Assembly (NCBI GenBank): GCA_030141605.1
Contig: JAQGDQ010000365.1
Location: forward strand, 106,643-170,642
Length of the DNA stretch: 64,000 nt
Direction: 5' to 3'
DNA from: Tubiluchus corallicola
Taxonomy: Eukaryota > Animalia > Priapulida
This document shows positions 51,333 to 62,525 of the stretch, piece after piece. The notes below the pieces were generated by a model that was not told the DNA's origin, made no database searches, and saw only the letters and a list, made by a program, of their open reading frames with translations. Made by a program: the position numbers and the translations under genes. Within the stretch, counting starts at the first letter, position 1. Each line of letters starts with the position of its first letter.

Positions 51333-52109
51333 TTATTGTTTTTCTACGTTTAATGCTTCGTTTTTTTGTTCTATTTCTTGTATAGCCAATGCACCTGCTA
51401 TAAGTGAAACAATGGGAGCAAATAAAATACCTATCACAGGAATAAGCAACATCAAATTAAATGCTGTGCCATTGCCTAAGGCTAAGCCTTTGTGGGCATT
51501 GATATAATATTTACTTTTGCTATAATTTAAATTTAGTGCTTCATTTCTATAATCAAGTATAGAAAAGCCATAAAAATAGCTTTCAATAATAAAAAGCAAT
51601 ATTGGCACAAGTATAACTAAAAGAGGAAGATGAAAAGCAACAAAAATAACAATTGCAGATAAAAGAAGTTCAAAGAATAAATTTCTTAATACCATTCGGA
51701 TACTTCTAATAATGTCATTGAAAAAAACTTTTATTGTCAATGGCTTTTTATTGCCTGTCAATATGTATTGAACTTTCTCAGATATGTATGATAAAAAGGG
51801 AGAAATTAATATAAGCATAGCATAGCGATAGATCTTAGCATACACTATTATTAAAGAAAGATTCAAAATAAATTGTATAACAAGGCTTAATATTTTTTTT
51901 GTCTCTTCTTGTGATAACCCTAGCCACTTAATAAAATAGTTTTTTAACTCAGAAGAAGTTGCATAGACAACCCACAACATTGCTACAGAAAGAACTAAAT
52001 TGAAAACAAAAGGAAAAATAGCTACTGCCCACAACCTATGTTGTTTTATAAATGAAATGACATGGAAATAGCTTTTAATCCCTACTAAAAACTCTTTAAT
52101 TAGTTTCAT
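51333..52109 (-). CDS. EI24/CysZ-family membrane protein
   Basis: Multiple TMs, ISPFLSYISEKV, YFYGFSILDY motifs. Confidence 0.8.
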   Translation of the reverse strand: MKLIKEFLVGIKSYFHVISFIKQHRLWAVAIFPFVFNLVLSVAMLWVVYATSSELKNYFIKWLGLSQEETKKILSLVIQFILNLSLIIVYAKIYRYAMLILISPFLSYISEKVQYILTGNKKPLTIKVFFNDIIRSIRMVLRNLFFELLLSAIVIFVAFHLPLLVILVPILLFIIESYFYGFSILDYRNEALNLNYSKSKYYINAHKGLALGNGTAFNLMLLIPVIGILFAPIVSLIAGALAIQEIEQKNEALNVEKQ

Positions 52110-52120
52110 CAGATATACAT

Positions 52121-52996
52121 TTAAAGATGTTCAATTTCTGCCGTGGATTCAATTTTTTTGACCAACCCTTGCAAAACTTTGCCAGGGCCACATTCTATAA
52201 ATTTTGTAGCTCCATCCTTTATCATTTGCTGTACAGACTGCGTCCACCGCACTGCTCCCGTAAGTTGTCCAATAAGATTATTTTTTATCTCTTCAATATT
52301 TGTAGAAGGCTTTGCTGTGAGATTTTGATAAATAGGACAAGGAGGTTGATTAAAAGATGTGTTGAGGATAGCTTTCTTTAAATGCTCTTCTGCCGATTTC
52401 ATAAGTGGTGAGTGAAAAGCTCCGCTCACAGGAAGGGGAAGAGCTCTTCTTGCTCCCATGGCTTTCAATTGATCACATGCTATTGCTATGCCTTCTTGCG
52501 TGCCTGAAATAACTATCTGTTTAGGGCAGTTATAATTAGCGGGAACAACAACAGGCGAAATATCAGTACACGTTTTTTTAACCACATCATCATCTAGTCC
52601 TAAAATAGCCGCCATGCTTGAGGGATTCTCTTCACATGCTTGTTGCATAGCATTTGCTCTTGCTGCCACAAGTTTCAATCCGTCGCTAAAATTGATAACT
52701 CCACAAGCTGTTAATGCAGAAAACTCCCCTAAAGAGTGCCCCGCAACCATATCTGGAGCAAAATCTTCTGTAATACGGGCAAGAATGACAGAGTGCAAAA
52801 AAATGGCAGGTTGAGTAACTTTAGTCTGTTTCAATTGATCCTCTGTGCCTTCAAACATTATTTTTGTAATGTCAAATCCTAAAATATCATTGGCGTTGTC
52901 AAAAAGTATTTTGGCTTTTGATGAGCTTTCGTACAAATCTTTTCCCATGCCTGAAAATTGTGACCCTTGACCTGGAAATATATATGCTTTTTTCAT
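52121..52996 (-). CDS. fabD: Malonyl-CoA:ACP transacylase
   Basis: FPGQGSQ, GHSLGE, VSGAFHS, ECGPG motifs. Confidence 0.96.
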   Translation of the reverse strand: MKKAYIFPGQGSQFSGMGKDLYESSSKAKILFDNANDILGFDITKIMFEGTEDQLKQTKVTQPAIFLHSVILARITEDFAPDMVAGHSLGEFSALTACGVINFSDGLKLVAARANAMQQACEENPSSMAAILGLDDDVVKKTCTDISPVVVPANYNCPKQIVISGTQEGIAIACDQLKAMGARRALPLPVSGAFHSPLMKSAEEHLKKAILNTSFNQPPCPIYQNLTAKPSTNIEEIKNNLIGQLTGAVRWTQSVQQMIKDGATKFIECGPGKVLQGLVKKIESTAEIEHL

Positions 52997-53202
52997 AATT
53001 TTCTTTGTTATAGTTAAAATTTTATAACAACAAATCTATAATATTATCATTGAAAAAGCAAAAGAAAATAAATTAAGAAAAAATGTTAAAACGTAAACAT
53101 AGCTTTTTAGCATTTTTTCATATCAAATCTTTCTTTTAATCACGCATGCTGACTATCTTTCAAGGGGTGAGAAAATGATTATTTTTGTTCAAAAAAGTTG
53201 TT

Positions 53203-53736
53203 TTATTTATTTTTTATCTTTTTCTGTTCTGTATTTTGAATTAACTTTTCATATTTATCTTTCCATGCTTCAATTTCTTTTTCAAATTTTTGAACTTCAC
53301 TGGCGTGTAATTTTTGCATTTCTTTCATTTGTGTTTTAAGTTGTTCTTGCTCAGATAACGATTCTTTATAACTCTCCCATGTTACCATTTTGCCCTTAGA
53401 TATATTGTAAATAAAAGGTAAAAGAATGTTTTTATAGACATTGGCAAGCCATTGTGAAATAGCCAACAAAGCATAAGAAACTATTAACGTTGCAAATACT
53501 AAAACTACCACCAGCAATATTTCATACCAACCCAATGTTCTGTCTACTACATATTGCTCTATCCTCATTAACTTTTCGTTAAGTGTGGTGTCTTTATCAA
53601 AATAAAAAAGGATAAATAAAAACTCCCAATAGCGCACTAGTAACACAAGGGATAATGTTTTGAAAAAAGGGTTTTTAGCTTTTGTAGTGTCTTTAAATAG
53701 CGACGCTGTGCTACTCAATAATGTAATTGGAAACAT
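53203..53736 (-). CDS. Hypothetical membrane protein with C-terminal coiled coil
   Basis: Two TMs and a charged heptad tail. Confidence 0.55.
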   Translation of the reverse strand: MFPITLLSSTASLFKDTTKAKNPFFKTLSLVLLVRYWEFLFILFYFDKDTTLNEKLMRIEQYVVDRTLGWYEILLVVVLVFATLIVSYALLAISQWLANVYKNILLPFIYNISKGKMVTWESYKESLSEQEQLKTQMKEMQKLHASEVQKFEKEIEAWKDKYEKLIQNTEQKKIKNK

Positions 53737-53756
53737 TGTTTTGTAGTGGTTTTATG

Positions 53757-54338
53757 TTATTTCGTTCTCAAAAATTCTACTTGTCCTGTTGTAAAATGAT
53801 AGTGTGCTGCCACTATTTTAGTTTTATTTTTTTTACATAACTCACTGATAACATGCGACTTATCAAGTATTCTGTCTGCTTGATAAAATGTATTTTTTAC
53901 AATTTTTTCATGTAAATCTTCTTCTTTCTTATCTTCCTTTAAGGCAACACGTATTTCACCAACCAAATCATTAAGGTTTTTGCCATAGTCTTGGTCTTTA
54001 GTCGCAGCAGTAACAGCACCGCATTTTTCATGTCCTAACACTACAATAAGAGGTGTTCCTAATTGAGTAACAGCATACTCTATTGAGGCAACAACATGAG
54101 TGTTGATTACGTTACCAGCAACTCTGCACACAAAAATTTCTCCTAAATAAGTGTCAAAAATTATTTCTGGTGCAACCCTACTATCGGCACACCCCACCAC
54201 CACAGCAAAAGGATTTTGTCCATGAACTAATTTTAATTTTTCTTGATGAAAATCAATCTGCTTTTTTACATTTTCTTCAAATCTTTTATTTCCTTTTTTT
54301 AAAGTATCAAGTGCTATATTCCAAGTAATTTTTTCCAT
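53757..54338 (-). CDS. Beta-class carbonic anhydrase
   Basis: GCADSR, RVAGN, GHEKCGA motifs. Start 54338 favoured because a TATTTTTG promoter element lies within the longer ORF extension. Confidence 0.9.
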   Translation of the reverse strand: MEKITWNIALDTLKKGNKRFEENVKKQIDFHQEKLKLVHGQNPFAVVVGCADSRVAPEIIFDTYLGEIFVCRVAGNVINTHVVASIEYAVTQLGTPLIVVLGHEKCGAVTAATKDQDYGKNLNDLVGEIRVALKEDKKEEDLHEKIVKNTFYQADRILDKSHVISELCKKNKTKIVAAHYHFTTGQVEFLRTK

Positions 54339-54570
54339 AATTTTTTTGTTTTGTATTTGTTTTGTACAAAAATATAAAAATAAAAATAACAATGTAAATA
54401 TTGGCAAGGTTTTTGACATTTTAAATAATCATGAATTAAAGAGCTGTAAAAAGCAAAAGATATTAAGATTTAAATAAAGCATAACAGCATTTAATACGGT
54501 TGCCAGTTGTTATGCTTACTTTCATCTTGTAATACTAACTAACTATACTAAATTTATAAAGTTCAAAGGC

Positions 54571-54609
54571 AACAATTAAAGAGCATATTACTTATGCTCT
54601 TTAATTGTT
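54571..54609 (-). terminator. 17-bp perfect hairpin terminator
   Basis: aacaattaaagagcata-ttact-tatgctctttaattgtt downstream of the DUF1080 gene. Confidence 0.75.
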
Positions 54610-54628
54610 TTGTTTTAAAGTTATAGTA

Positions 54629-55966
54629 CTAGGGGTTTAGCTCTTTAATCTTTATGTTCTTAAAATGTACTGTGTCTCTGTGATCTTGCAAAAGAATACG
54701 CCCCTTGCTTAGTTTTCCAAAGTTTTTATGTTTTTTGAATTTACTATTAGCAACTGCCTTGTCAAATTTCTCATTATTTCTATCAAACTCTAAAATTTTC
54801 CTATCATTTAACCAGTGTTCTGTTTTACTTCCTTTTACTACTATTTTAGCTGTGTTCCACTTGCCTATAGCTTTTGGATATTTGTTTGTTGCCTCTAATA
54901 AGTCATAGAGAGAACCCAAACGTGTAAGAGGATTTTTGCCGTTTTCATGCTTTTCATCATCTAATATTTGGTACTCTAACCCTACAGCCCATCCTTTTTC
55001 AGCTCCTACATTCTCGCCAAATACCAAATATTTAATCCCGCTATTGGATCCTTCTGTAAGTTTAAAATCTGCAGATAACTCAAAGTTTGAATACTCTTTA
55101 TCTGTAACTATATCTCCTCCTTTGCCATGTACTGTCAAGATGCCGTTTTCAATAGTCCACTCGTTAGGGAACTCTTTGGATTTTTTTCCATGCCAACCAT
55201 TAGATGTTTTACCATCAAACAATAGTTTCCAATTTCCTTTTTTTTCATTTGCCGTCAATGTATTATCTGTGTTTTTAGCGGGTAGTTCTATTTTCTTAGC
55301 ATATTTTCTAGGATTATCTGTAATGATAGTAAGATTTTTCCAATATGCTTTAATACCATCTTTTTCTTTGTTATTTCCTACTCCATGCACTTGCAGCCCA
55401 ATAAATCCTGTTTCTGTTCTACTATCTACCAAATGTGCAGCAGGAACATCATTAATCCAAGTCTTTATCGTATCGCCCAATGCTTCTACTCTAATATGAT
55501 TCCATTCATTCTGTTTGAAAGCTTTTCTTGCAGGCTCGTTATTACTCAAATCATAAACCCATCCTCTCCTTGCTTCATCATATATTCCCGCTGTCCAAGC
55601 TCTCTCCGAAGGGTCTATTTCCACTTGATAGCCGTGTACTCTTTTATTATTATAACAAGGAAAACTGTTACTCCGTATTTGAACACCAGAATTAAGTTTT
55701 GGGTCTACCTTAAAATCGTATTCCAAAATGAAATCAGAATACTCCTTATCTGTACATAAAAATGTATTAGTAGTATTAAGTACAGTAGTTCCGACAATCA
55801 TGCCATCTACTACTTCATACTTTGCTTTACCATTTTTTTGATTCCAACCATTCAATGTTTTGCCGTCAAATAGTGGTTGTGATGAGTCACAACACGTACA
55901 TCCTGTAGTGTAAATTGTTATCAATGTAGCAATTGTTGCTAATAAAATATTTTTATTTGTTTTCAT
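54629..55966 (-). CDS. Double DUF1080 (3-keto-disaccharide hydrolase family) lipoprotein
   Basis: Two LFDGK..GW / NSG / LQ.H domains and a lipobox TTG-C. Confidence 0.85.
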   Translation of the reverse strand: MKTNKNILLATIATLITIYTTGCTCCDSSQPLFDGKTLNGWNQKNGKAKYEVVDGMIVGTTVLNTTNTFLCTDKEYSDFILEYDFKVDPKLNSGVQIRSNSFPCYNNKRVHGYQVEIDPSERAWTAGIYDEARRGWVYDLSNNEPARKAFKQNEWNHIRVEALGDTIKTWINDVPAAHLVDSRTETGFIGLQVHGVGNNKEKDGIKAYWKNLTIITDNPRKYAKKIELPAKNTDNTLTANEKKGNWKLLFDGKTSNGWHGKKSKEFPNEWTIENGILTVHGKGGDIVTDKEYSNFELSADFKLTEGSNSGIKYLVFGENVGAEKGWAVGLEYQILDDEKHENGKNPLTRLGSLYDLLEATNKYPKAIGKWNTAKIVVKGSKTEHWLNDRKILEFDRNNEKFDKAVANSKFKKHKNFGKLSKGRILLQDHRDTVHFKNIKIKELNP

Positions 55967-56052
55967 ATTTTTATTTTTTAAAGAGATAAATAAATGCAAT
56001 AATAAGACGTGCAATTTAAAAAAAGAAAATAAGAGTTACTACATTTATATAA

Positions 56053-56103
56053 ATAAATAGAACATAAAATGCTTTAAGATATAGCATTTTATGTTCTATT
56101 TAT
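56053..56103 (-). terminator. 21-bp AT-rich hairpin, probable terminator
   Basis: ataaatagaacataaaatgct-N9-agcattttatgttctatttat. Confidence 0.65.
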
Positions 56104-56127
56104 ATTTTGCTATTTATCAAATTAAAC

Positions 56128-56760
56128 CTACTGTAGCTTCCATTTGATGCTACAACCTATGGCTTTAGTGCTTGTTTCTTCAATGGGTTGATTATTTAAA
56201 ATAGCATTTATTGCCATTTCAACATATTTTTTATCAGCATTAACAGCATCTTTGTAGTTATTGTCTATAGCCCCTTTGTACCGCAATCTAAATTTTTCAT
56301 TTTCTTTAACCACCAAATATACTTCTGGTGTTTTTGTGGCTCCATACCTTTTAGCTATTTCCTGCATTTCATCAAACAGGTATGGAAAGGTAAATCCCTT
56401 TTCTTTTGCTCTTATTCTCATATTTTTGAAAGAGTCTCCAGGCTTTATAACTGGGTCGTTAGGATTTATGGCTATCACAGGAAATCCTTTAGGTTTAAAA
56501 ATTTTATCTAAATCTATTATTCTGTCCTCATATTTCACAGCATAGGGACATGAATTGCAAGTAAAGATAATTATATGCCCTTTTGCCTTTGTGTTGGAAG
56601 TCATAGAGACAAGCTTTCCATCAACATTTTTTAAGCTAAAATCATTCACATAGTCCCCTACATCATAGCCTTCTTTCGGGGTATGGCTAAAATTTGCAAA
56701 TAATAGAGCTACTAACATAAGCGCTAAAGCGCTTGATAATTTATTTGTTTTTCTCATCAT
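56128..56760 (-). CDS. Thioredoxin-fold AhpC/TSA (PRX-like1) protein
   Basis: FTCNSCPY, GATKTPE, YKGAID, GCSIKW motifs. Confidence 0.88.
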   Translation of the reverse strand: MMRKTNKLSSALALMLVALLFANFSHTPKEGYDVGDYVNDFSLKNVDGKLVSMTSNTKAKGHIIIFTCNSCPYAVKYEDRIIDLDKIFKPKGFPVIAINPNDPVIKPGDSFKNMRIRAKEKGFTFPYLFDEMQEIAKRYGATKTPEVYLVVKENEKFRLRYKGAIDNNYKDAVNADKKYVEMAINAILNNQPIEETSTKAIGCSIKWKLQ

Positions 56761-57286
56761 AATATTTAATTTGATTTAATAAGTTATTAAGTTGTTCTTC
56801 TGATAACTCTCCTTCATAAAACAATCTTTTGCTTGTTTTATGGTTTATTAATAAGGTGGCAGGTATTGCTCCTGACCATTTTGTATCTACTTTGTCTATC
56901 CAGCTATTGAAATCTACTTCATCTAATAATTTTACATTGCTTACCAATTCTCTTTTCTTTACAAAAGGTTCCACTTTCAATTTTAAATCATTTACATCAT
57001 CTAAACTTATTAAATACACCTTTAGTTGTTCTTTTTTGTATAATTTACTTATTTTTTCAAAATAAGGAATTTCCATAACGCATGGTCTGCACCAAGTCGC
57101 CCAAAAATTTATAATAGATATTTGTTCTGTGGTGTTTGTTTTTATAAGTTTTTCTAAATCAGAAAATTTAATGATTTCTATGTCATTATTACTTGATTTC
57201 TCTTCCTGCTTATTTATGTTCAAGACAAGGAAAGTAAAACACATTAAAATAAGCAAGGCTATTAGTATTTTATAAAAACTTTTCAT
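56741..57286 (-). CDS. TlpA-family disulfide reductase
   Basis: NFWATWCRPC and WSGAIPAT motifs. Confidence 0.88.
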   Translation of the reverse strand: MKSFYKILIALLILMCFTFLVLNINKQEEKSSNNDIEIIKFSDLEKLIKTNTTEQISIINFWATWCRPCVMEIPYFEKISKLYKKEQLKVYLISLDDVNDLKLKVEPFVKKRELVSNVKLLDEVDFNSWIDKVDTKWSGAIPATLLINHKTSKRLFYEGELSEEQLNNLLNQIKYYDEKNK

Positions 57287-57314
57287 AGAGATATATTATG
57301 CTTTTATCATATTA

Positions 57315-58313
57315 TCATGTAAAGTCATGCAAATGTTTCCAAATAATGTCTTTTAATTTTTGCAAGTTTTTTTGGGCAATAGAAGAAATAAAAACATATT
57401 CTATGCCATCAGGCAACTCTTGTTCTATTTCCATCATAAGTTCCTCATCAAGTAAATCAGATTTCGAAATAGCTAAAATTCTTTTTTTATCCAATAACTC
57501 TGTATTATATTTTCTCAACTCATTTAATAGAACATCATACTCTTGTACAATACTTGAGGCATCGGCGGGTACTAAAAACAACAAAACAGCATTTCTTTCT
57601 ATGTGTCTCAAAAATCTATGTCCTAACCCTTTCCCTTCTGCCGCACCCTCTATTATTCCAGGAATATCTGCCATTATAAAAGATTTATGGTCATAATATT
57701 GGACTACTCCTAAATTAGGTGTCAATGTAGTAAAGGGATAGTTGGCTATTTTTGGTTTTGCTGCTGATATTATAGACAATAGAGTAGATTTTCCTGCGTT
57801 TGGGAATCCTACCAACCCAACATCTGCCAAAAGCTTTAATTCAAGAATAGTTCTTTTTTCTATCTTCTCTCCTCCTTTTTGAGCATAGTATGGCGTTTGT
57901 TTAGTAGATGTTTTAAAATTCACATTCCCAAGCCCTCCTTTGCCTCCTTCAATAAGAATTACTTCTTGATCATTTTCTGTTATCTCAAATTCCACTTCAT
58001 TTGTTTCTGCATCTCTAACTATTGTTCCCAACGGCACTTCCAATGTCACATCTTTGCCATCTTTCCCTGTCTTACAAGCTCCCTCCCCTGGTCGCCCATC
58101 TTCAGCAATAATATGCTTTCTGTATCTTAGGTGCAAAAGCGTCCATAACTGTTCGTTTCCTTTAAGGATAACATGCCCACCTCTTCCGCCGTCTCCTCCA
58201 TCTGGTCCTCCTTTAGGGACAAATTTTTCTCGCCTGAAATGAACAGATCCCGCTCCTCCCTTGCCTGAAGAGACATAAAGCTTCACGTGATCTATAAAAT
58301 TAGATGACCCCAC
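57315..58313 (-). CDS. obgE: GTPase ObgE/CgtA
   Basis: [30 protein letters not shown] motifs. Confidence 0.96.
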   Translation of the reverse strand: MGSSNFIDHVKLYVSSGKGGAGSVHFRREKFVPKGGPDGGDGGRGGHVILKGNEQLWTLLHLRYRKHIIAEDGRPGEGACKTGKDGKDVTLEVPLGTIVRDAETNEVEFEITENDQEVILIEGGKGGLGNVNFKTSTKQTPYYAQKGGEKIEKRTILELKLLADVGLVGFPNAGKSTLLSIISAAKPKIANYPFTTLTPNLGVVQYYDHKSFIMADIPGIIEGAAEGKGLGHRFLRHIERNAVLLFLVPADASSIVQEYDVLLNELRKYNTELLDKKRILAISKSDLLDEELMMEIEQELPDGIEYVFISSIAQKNLQKLKDIIWKHLHDFT

Positions 58314-58323
58314 AATATATATT

Positions 58324-58896
58324 TTATAAGTTATCTATGACTTTACTGATGCCTTCAAAAATATCTCTTATTTCTCCAATACCTTTAACATTATGCAACT
58401 TGTCATATTTTTTATAATAATTCGCAACTGGTATGGTCTCTTTAAAATAGACTTGCAACCTGTTATTAATTTTCTCTTCATTCTGGTCATCACTTCTATT
58501 AGATATTTTTCCTCTAAGCAATATTCTTTGCTTTAGCTCCTTTTCTTCTACCTCCAACGCTATTACACCTTTTATTGGTATTTTCTTGCTTTCTAACAGC
58601 TTGTCCAAACTCTCTGCTTGCTCTGTTGTTCTTGGAAACCCGTCAAAGATAAAACCTTTTACATCTCCGGCTTTGTCAATTGTTTCTTCCACCATACCAA
58701 TTACCACTTTGTCTGGCACAAGATTTCCTTCATTCATATATGTCTGAGCTAACTTTCCAAGTTTTGTACCTTCTTTCAAATGCTTTCTAAATAAATCTCC
58801 TGTTGAAATATGCTTTAACTTATATTTTTCAACTATTTTTTCGCTTTGTGTGCCTTTGCCCGAACCCGGTGCACCAAATAAAACAATGTTTAACAT
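58324..58896 (-). CDS. adk: Adenylate kinase
   Basis: [20 protein letters not shown] motifs. Confidence 0.96.
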   Translation of the reverse strand: MLNIVLFGAPGSGKGTQSEKIVEKYKLKHISTGDLFRKHLKEGTKLGKLAQTYMNEGNLVPDKVVIGMVEETIDKAGDVKGFIFDGFPRTTEQAESLDKLLESKKIPIKGVIALEVEEKELKQRILLRGKISNRSDDQNEEKINNRLQVYFKETIPVANYYKKYDKLHNVKGIGEIRDIFEGISKVIDNL

Positions 58897-59035
58897 CTTT
58901 TATAAATTTTTATTTTCTCTAATAAATATATTTATGATATTACTTTTTCACAACAAAGTAAATAAAAAAACCTATTATATTGGTATTTTTTTACGTTTTT
59001 AAACATTTAATAGTTTTTGCCTGCGTTACAAATCT

Positions 59036-59620
59036 TTATAACATTATTATGTTAATTTTTTTTTCAAATTCTTTTTCAACCATTAACGGTATCTCCAAGA
59101 TAACTTTACACTTTGTAGTAAATTCCTGATGAACTATTTTTAACGTATAGTGTTTTACTAAATTCATTACTTGACTTAACTTTTCAAAGGGAAACTCTAT
59201 GGTCACTAATTTAGTAATATGTTTTTCTACAATTTTATTATTTTTAATGGCATCATAAGCAGCCTTTTTATAAGCATTCATTAAGCCACTAATTCCTAAT
59301 TTTGTTCCACCAAAGTATCGCACTACAATAATAATCACGTTGCAAAGTTCATGAGAAAACATCTGATTTAATATAGGAGTGCCCGCAGAGTGTTTTGGCT
59401 CTCCATCATCATTAGCCCTATGGTTTTGTTTGTCTACTCCTAATACATAGGCAAAGCAGTGATGTCTTGCATCGTGATATTTTTTTTTCAAATCTTTTAC
59501 TCTATCTTTTATCTCCTCTTCTGAAGTCACAGGATAAGCAAAGGCTAAAAATTTACTGCCTTTTTCTTTATACATGCCCACTGACTGAGCATCTAATGTT
59601 TTGTATGTTTTTTCACTCAT
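59036..59620 (-). CDS. YigZ/IMPACT family protein
   Basis: KGSKF, ARHHC, DDGEP, RYFGGTKLG motifs. Confidence 0.9.
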   Translation of the reverse strand: MSEKTYKTLDAQSVGMYKEKGSKFLAFAYPVTSEEEIKDRVKDLKKKYHDARHHCFAYVLGVDKQNHRANDDGEPKHSAGTPILNQMFSHELCNVIIIVVRYFGGTKLGISGLMNAYKKAAYDAIKNNKIVEKHITKLVTIEFPFEKLSQVMNLVKHYTLKIVHQEFTTKCKVILEIPLMVEKEFEKKINIIML

Positions 59621-60347
59621 TCCAAATATTCCACGCTTCTTCTGCCTGCTGATGTAACATTTCTAAACCATTTTTTACTTTCGCCCCTTGTTTTTTCCCT
59701 TCTAACAAAAATTGTGTTTCTATGGGGTTGTAAACAAGGTCAAAAAGAAAATGATTAGAGGTAATGGATTTATAGGGCAAATCTGGTTTGTCCTCTATTT
59801 TAGGATACATCCCCAAAGGTGTTGTATTTATAATTAACTTATGGGATTCTACAATACTTCTATCTTCTTTCAATTGATAATATGTAATGTATTTCTCTTG
59901 TCTTGATACATATTTATATTTTATTTCCAAATTATTTAATACTGCTACAACAGCCTTCGCCGCTCCTCCTGTTCCCAACACCAACGCTTTTAAATTTGCT
60001 TTTTCGTTTTTTATTCCTTTTTCTAATGAATGTTTAAAACCATAGTAATCGGTATTGTATCCTATTTTTTTTCTATTGCTTACTTTTATTACATTTACAG
60101 CACCTATTTGTTTGGCGCTTTCATCCAGTTTATCTAAAAAAGGAATCACTAATTCTTTATATGGCAATGTAACGTTTAGGCCTTTTAAGTAGGGTGTTTT
60201 AAAAACAGTCTCTACCTTTTCAATACTATCTATTTCGAATAATTGATATTTTGCGTTTTTTATTCCTTCTTTTTCAAATTTCTCTTTAAAATATTGAGGG
60301 GAAAAAGAGTGAGAGAGTGGGAAGCCTATTATTCCAAAAACATTCAT
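59613..60347 (-). CDS. aroE: Shikimate dehydrogenase
   Basis: HSFSP, NVTLPYK, GAVN, GYNTD, GTGGAA, DLVYNP motifs. Confidence 0.93.
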   Translation of the reverse strand: MNVFGIIGFPLSHSFSPQYFKEKFEKEGIKNAKYQLFEIDSIEKVETVFKTPYLKGLNVTLPYKELVIPFLDKLDESAKQIGAVNVIKVSNRKKIGYNTDYYGFKHSLEKGIKNEKANLKALVLGTGGAAKAVVAVLNNLEIKYKYVSRQEKYITYYQLKEDRSIVESHKLIINTTPLGMYPKIEDKPDLPYKSITSNHFLFDLVYNPIETQFLLEGKKQGAKVKNGLEMLHQQAEEAWNIWNE

Positions 60348-60430
60348 ATATTTAAATTTCACATTTGTTTATAAACAAAGATAACATTAAAACATATAAA
60401 TGTCTAATTTTTTTCACAACAGCCATTTCA

Positions 60431-60446
60431 TGTTCCACATGGAACA
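60431..60446. promoter_or_regulatory. parS site (ParB loading)
   Basis: tgttccacatggaaca, within the longer palindrome ttcatgttccacatggaacatgaa. Confidence 0.75.
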
Positions 60447-60543
60447 TGAAAATGTTTTCTTGACTAAACCAGTTTTTAGTTTTGGCAACAACCCTAAGGG
60501 TAAGTAGAGGCAATAAAATATTTTATAATCTAAAAAATATTTT

Positions 60544-60551
60544 TACCTTTG
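60544..60551 (+). promoter_or_regulatory. Bacteroidota -7 promoter element for mnmG
   Basis: TACCTTTG about 48 bp upstream of the ATG. Confidence 0.5.
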
Positions 60552-60577
60552 CCCAAAAAACATCACTAAACAAATAA

Positions 60578-60593
60578 CGTTCCACGTGGAACA
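60578..60593. promoter_or_regulatory. parS site (ParB loading)
   Basis: cgttccacgtggaaca matches consensus tGTTnCACGTGnAACa. Confidence 0.85.
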
Positions 60594-60598
60594 TAAAA

Positions 60599-62464
60599 AT
60601 GTTTTTCAATTATGATATCATAGTAGTGGGGGGTGGTCATGCTGGATGCGAAGCATCACAAGCCGCCGCCGCCATGGGTTCAAAAGTTTTGTTAATAACT
60701 ATGAATCTAGATACCATTGGGCAAATGTCTTGCAACCCCGCTATGGGAGGAGTAGCAAAAGGACAAATCATTAGAGAGATAGACGCGCTGGGTGGTATGT
60801 CTGGTGTGATTGCTGATAATTCTACCATACAGTTTAGAATGCTAAATAAGTCAAAAGGTCCTGCCATGTGGAGCCCTCGTTCTCAAAATGACAGAATGTT
60901 ATTTGCACAAGAATGGAGGCATGTTTTAGAGAAAAACAATAACATTGATTTTTGGCAAGACACCGTTAATGAAATTATTGTAAAAGATAACAAATGTGTA
61001 GGAGTAAAAACATTATTAAATATAAAAATATTTGCTAATCAAATTATTCTTTCCAACGGCACTTTTCTTAATGGAAAAATATACATAGGAGAAAAAACAT
61101 TTGAAGGAGGGCGTAACACAGAGAGTCCATCGAAAGGACTAAGTGAACAATTAGTAAAAATGGGGTTTGAAAAAGGGAGGATGAAAACAGGAACCCCTCC
61201 AAGGATTGATGGAAGAAGTGTGGACTTTTCTAAAATGATAGAACAACCCGGAGATAAAAATCCACAAAAATTTTCTTATGATAAAAAAACCCAACGTCCC
61301 AAAAAACAAAAAAGCTGCTTCATCACTTACACCAATGAAAGGACACATGAAATATTAAAAACAGGATTTCATAGATCGCCAATGTTTTCAGGAAAAATAC
61401 AAGGCACAGGACCAAGATATTGCCCTTCCATAGAAGACAAATTAAATAGGTTTTCTGAAAGAAACAGGCATCAATTGTTTATAGAACCAGAGGGGTGGCT
61501 CAGTACCGAAATGTATGTAAATGGTTTTTCTACATCATTGCCTGAAGAGATACAGTACCAAGCACTAAGAAATATAGATGGGTTGGAAAATGTAAAAATG
61601 CTAAAACCCGGCTATGCCATAGAGTACGATTACTTCCCTCCCACCCAACTAAAAACAACACTGGAAACAAAGTTAATAGAAAACTTATATTTCACAGGAC
61701 AAATAAATGGAACAACAGGATATGAAGAAGCTGCTTGCCAAGGATTAATAGCAGGTATAAATGCTCACTTAAAAAACAACCAAAAACAACCATTTACATT
61801 AAGTCGATCAGAAGCATATATAGGTGTACTTTTGGATGACCTAATTTATAAAGGAACAAATGAACCTTATAGAATGTTCACTTCAAGAGCAGAACATCGC
61901 ATTCTATTACGGCAAGACAACGCCGACATTCGTCTTACAGAAAAAGGGTACAACATTGGATTGGCTAAAAAAGAGAGGCTCAAACAAGTAAAAAACAAAA
62001 TGGAAAAATCAAAAGAACTTTCCCACCAAATAAATAACACATATCTCTTTCCAAAAGAAATAAATCATTTCTTAGATAAGTTAGGAAGTTCTATAATAAA
62101 AGAAAAAGTTTCCATTCAAAAATTTATAAAGAGGCCTGAAATAAATTTAGATAACATCCAAGACATTGATAAAATAAAGGAGCTCCTAAACCAGTTTGAC
62201 AGTCCCGAAATAGAAGAAACATATATTTCCACAATTTATGAAACGTACATAAACAAGGAAAAGAAGTTGGTAGAAAAAATGAAGCAATTAGAAAATCTGA
62301 AATTAAACACAAATTTTGATTACTCGAAAATAAAATCTCTCTCTGCTGAAGCAATGGAAAAACTAAACAAAATAAAACCAGAAACAATACTCCAAGCGTC
62401 CAAAATTAGTGGTGTCACCCCCTCTGACATTTCTATACTTATGATTTATCTCAAAAAAATATAA
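60599..62464 (+). CDS. mnmG: tRNA uridine-5-carboxymethylaminomethyl modification enzyme MnmG (GidA)
   Basis: [33 protein letters not shown] motifs. Confidence 0.97.
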   Translation: MFFNYDIIVVGGGHAGCEASQAAAAMGSKVLLITMNLDTIGQMSCNPAMGGVAKGQIIREIDALGGMSGVIADNSTIQFRMLNKSKGPAMWSPRSQNDRMLFAQEWRHVLEKNNNIDFWQDTVNEIIVKDNKCVGVKTLLNIKIFANQIILSNGTFLNGKIYIGEKTFEGGRNTESPSKGLSEQLVKMGFEKGRMKTGTPPRIDGRSVDFSKMIEQPGDKNPQKFSYDKKTQRPKKQKSCFITYTNERTHEILKTGFHRSPMFSGKIQGTGPRYCPSIEDKLNRFSERNRHQLFIEPEGWLSTEMYVNGFSTSLPEEIQYQALRNIDGLENVKMLKPGYAIEYDYFPPTQLKTTLETKLIENLYFTGQINGTTGYEEAACQGLIAGINAHLKNNQKQPFTLSRSEAYIGVLLDDLIYKGTNEPYRMFTSRAEHRILLRQDNADIRLTEKGYNIGLAKKERLKQVKNKMEKSKELSHQINNTYLFPKEINHFLDKLGSSIIKEKVSIQKFIKRPEINLDNIQDIDKIKELLNQFDSPEIEETYISTIYETYINKEKKLVEKMKQLENLKLNTNFDYSKIKSLSAEAMEKLNKIKPETILQASKISGVTPSDISILMIYLKKI

Positions 62465-62525
62465 TATAAATTACTCTTTTTAAAAGCTAAAAATTATATT
62501 AGCAAAAAACAGAGCAACCATACAA

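Noticed and set aside
54477-54517. Full attC site
   Set aside because: About 40 bp, shorter than known attC sites, and without L boxes.
60363-60598. oriC itself
   Set aside because: No clear DnaA-box cluster was seen, and the plus strand appears to stay C-rich on both sides.
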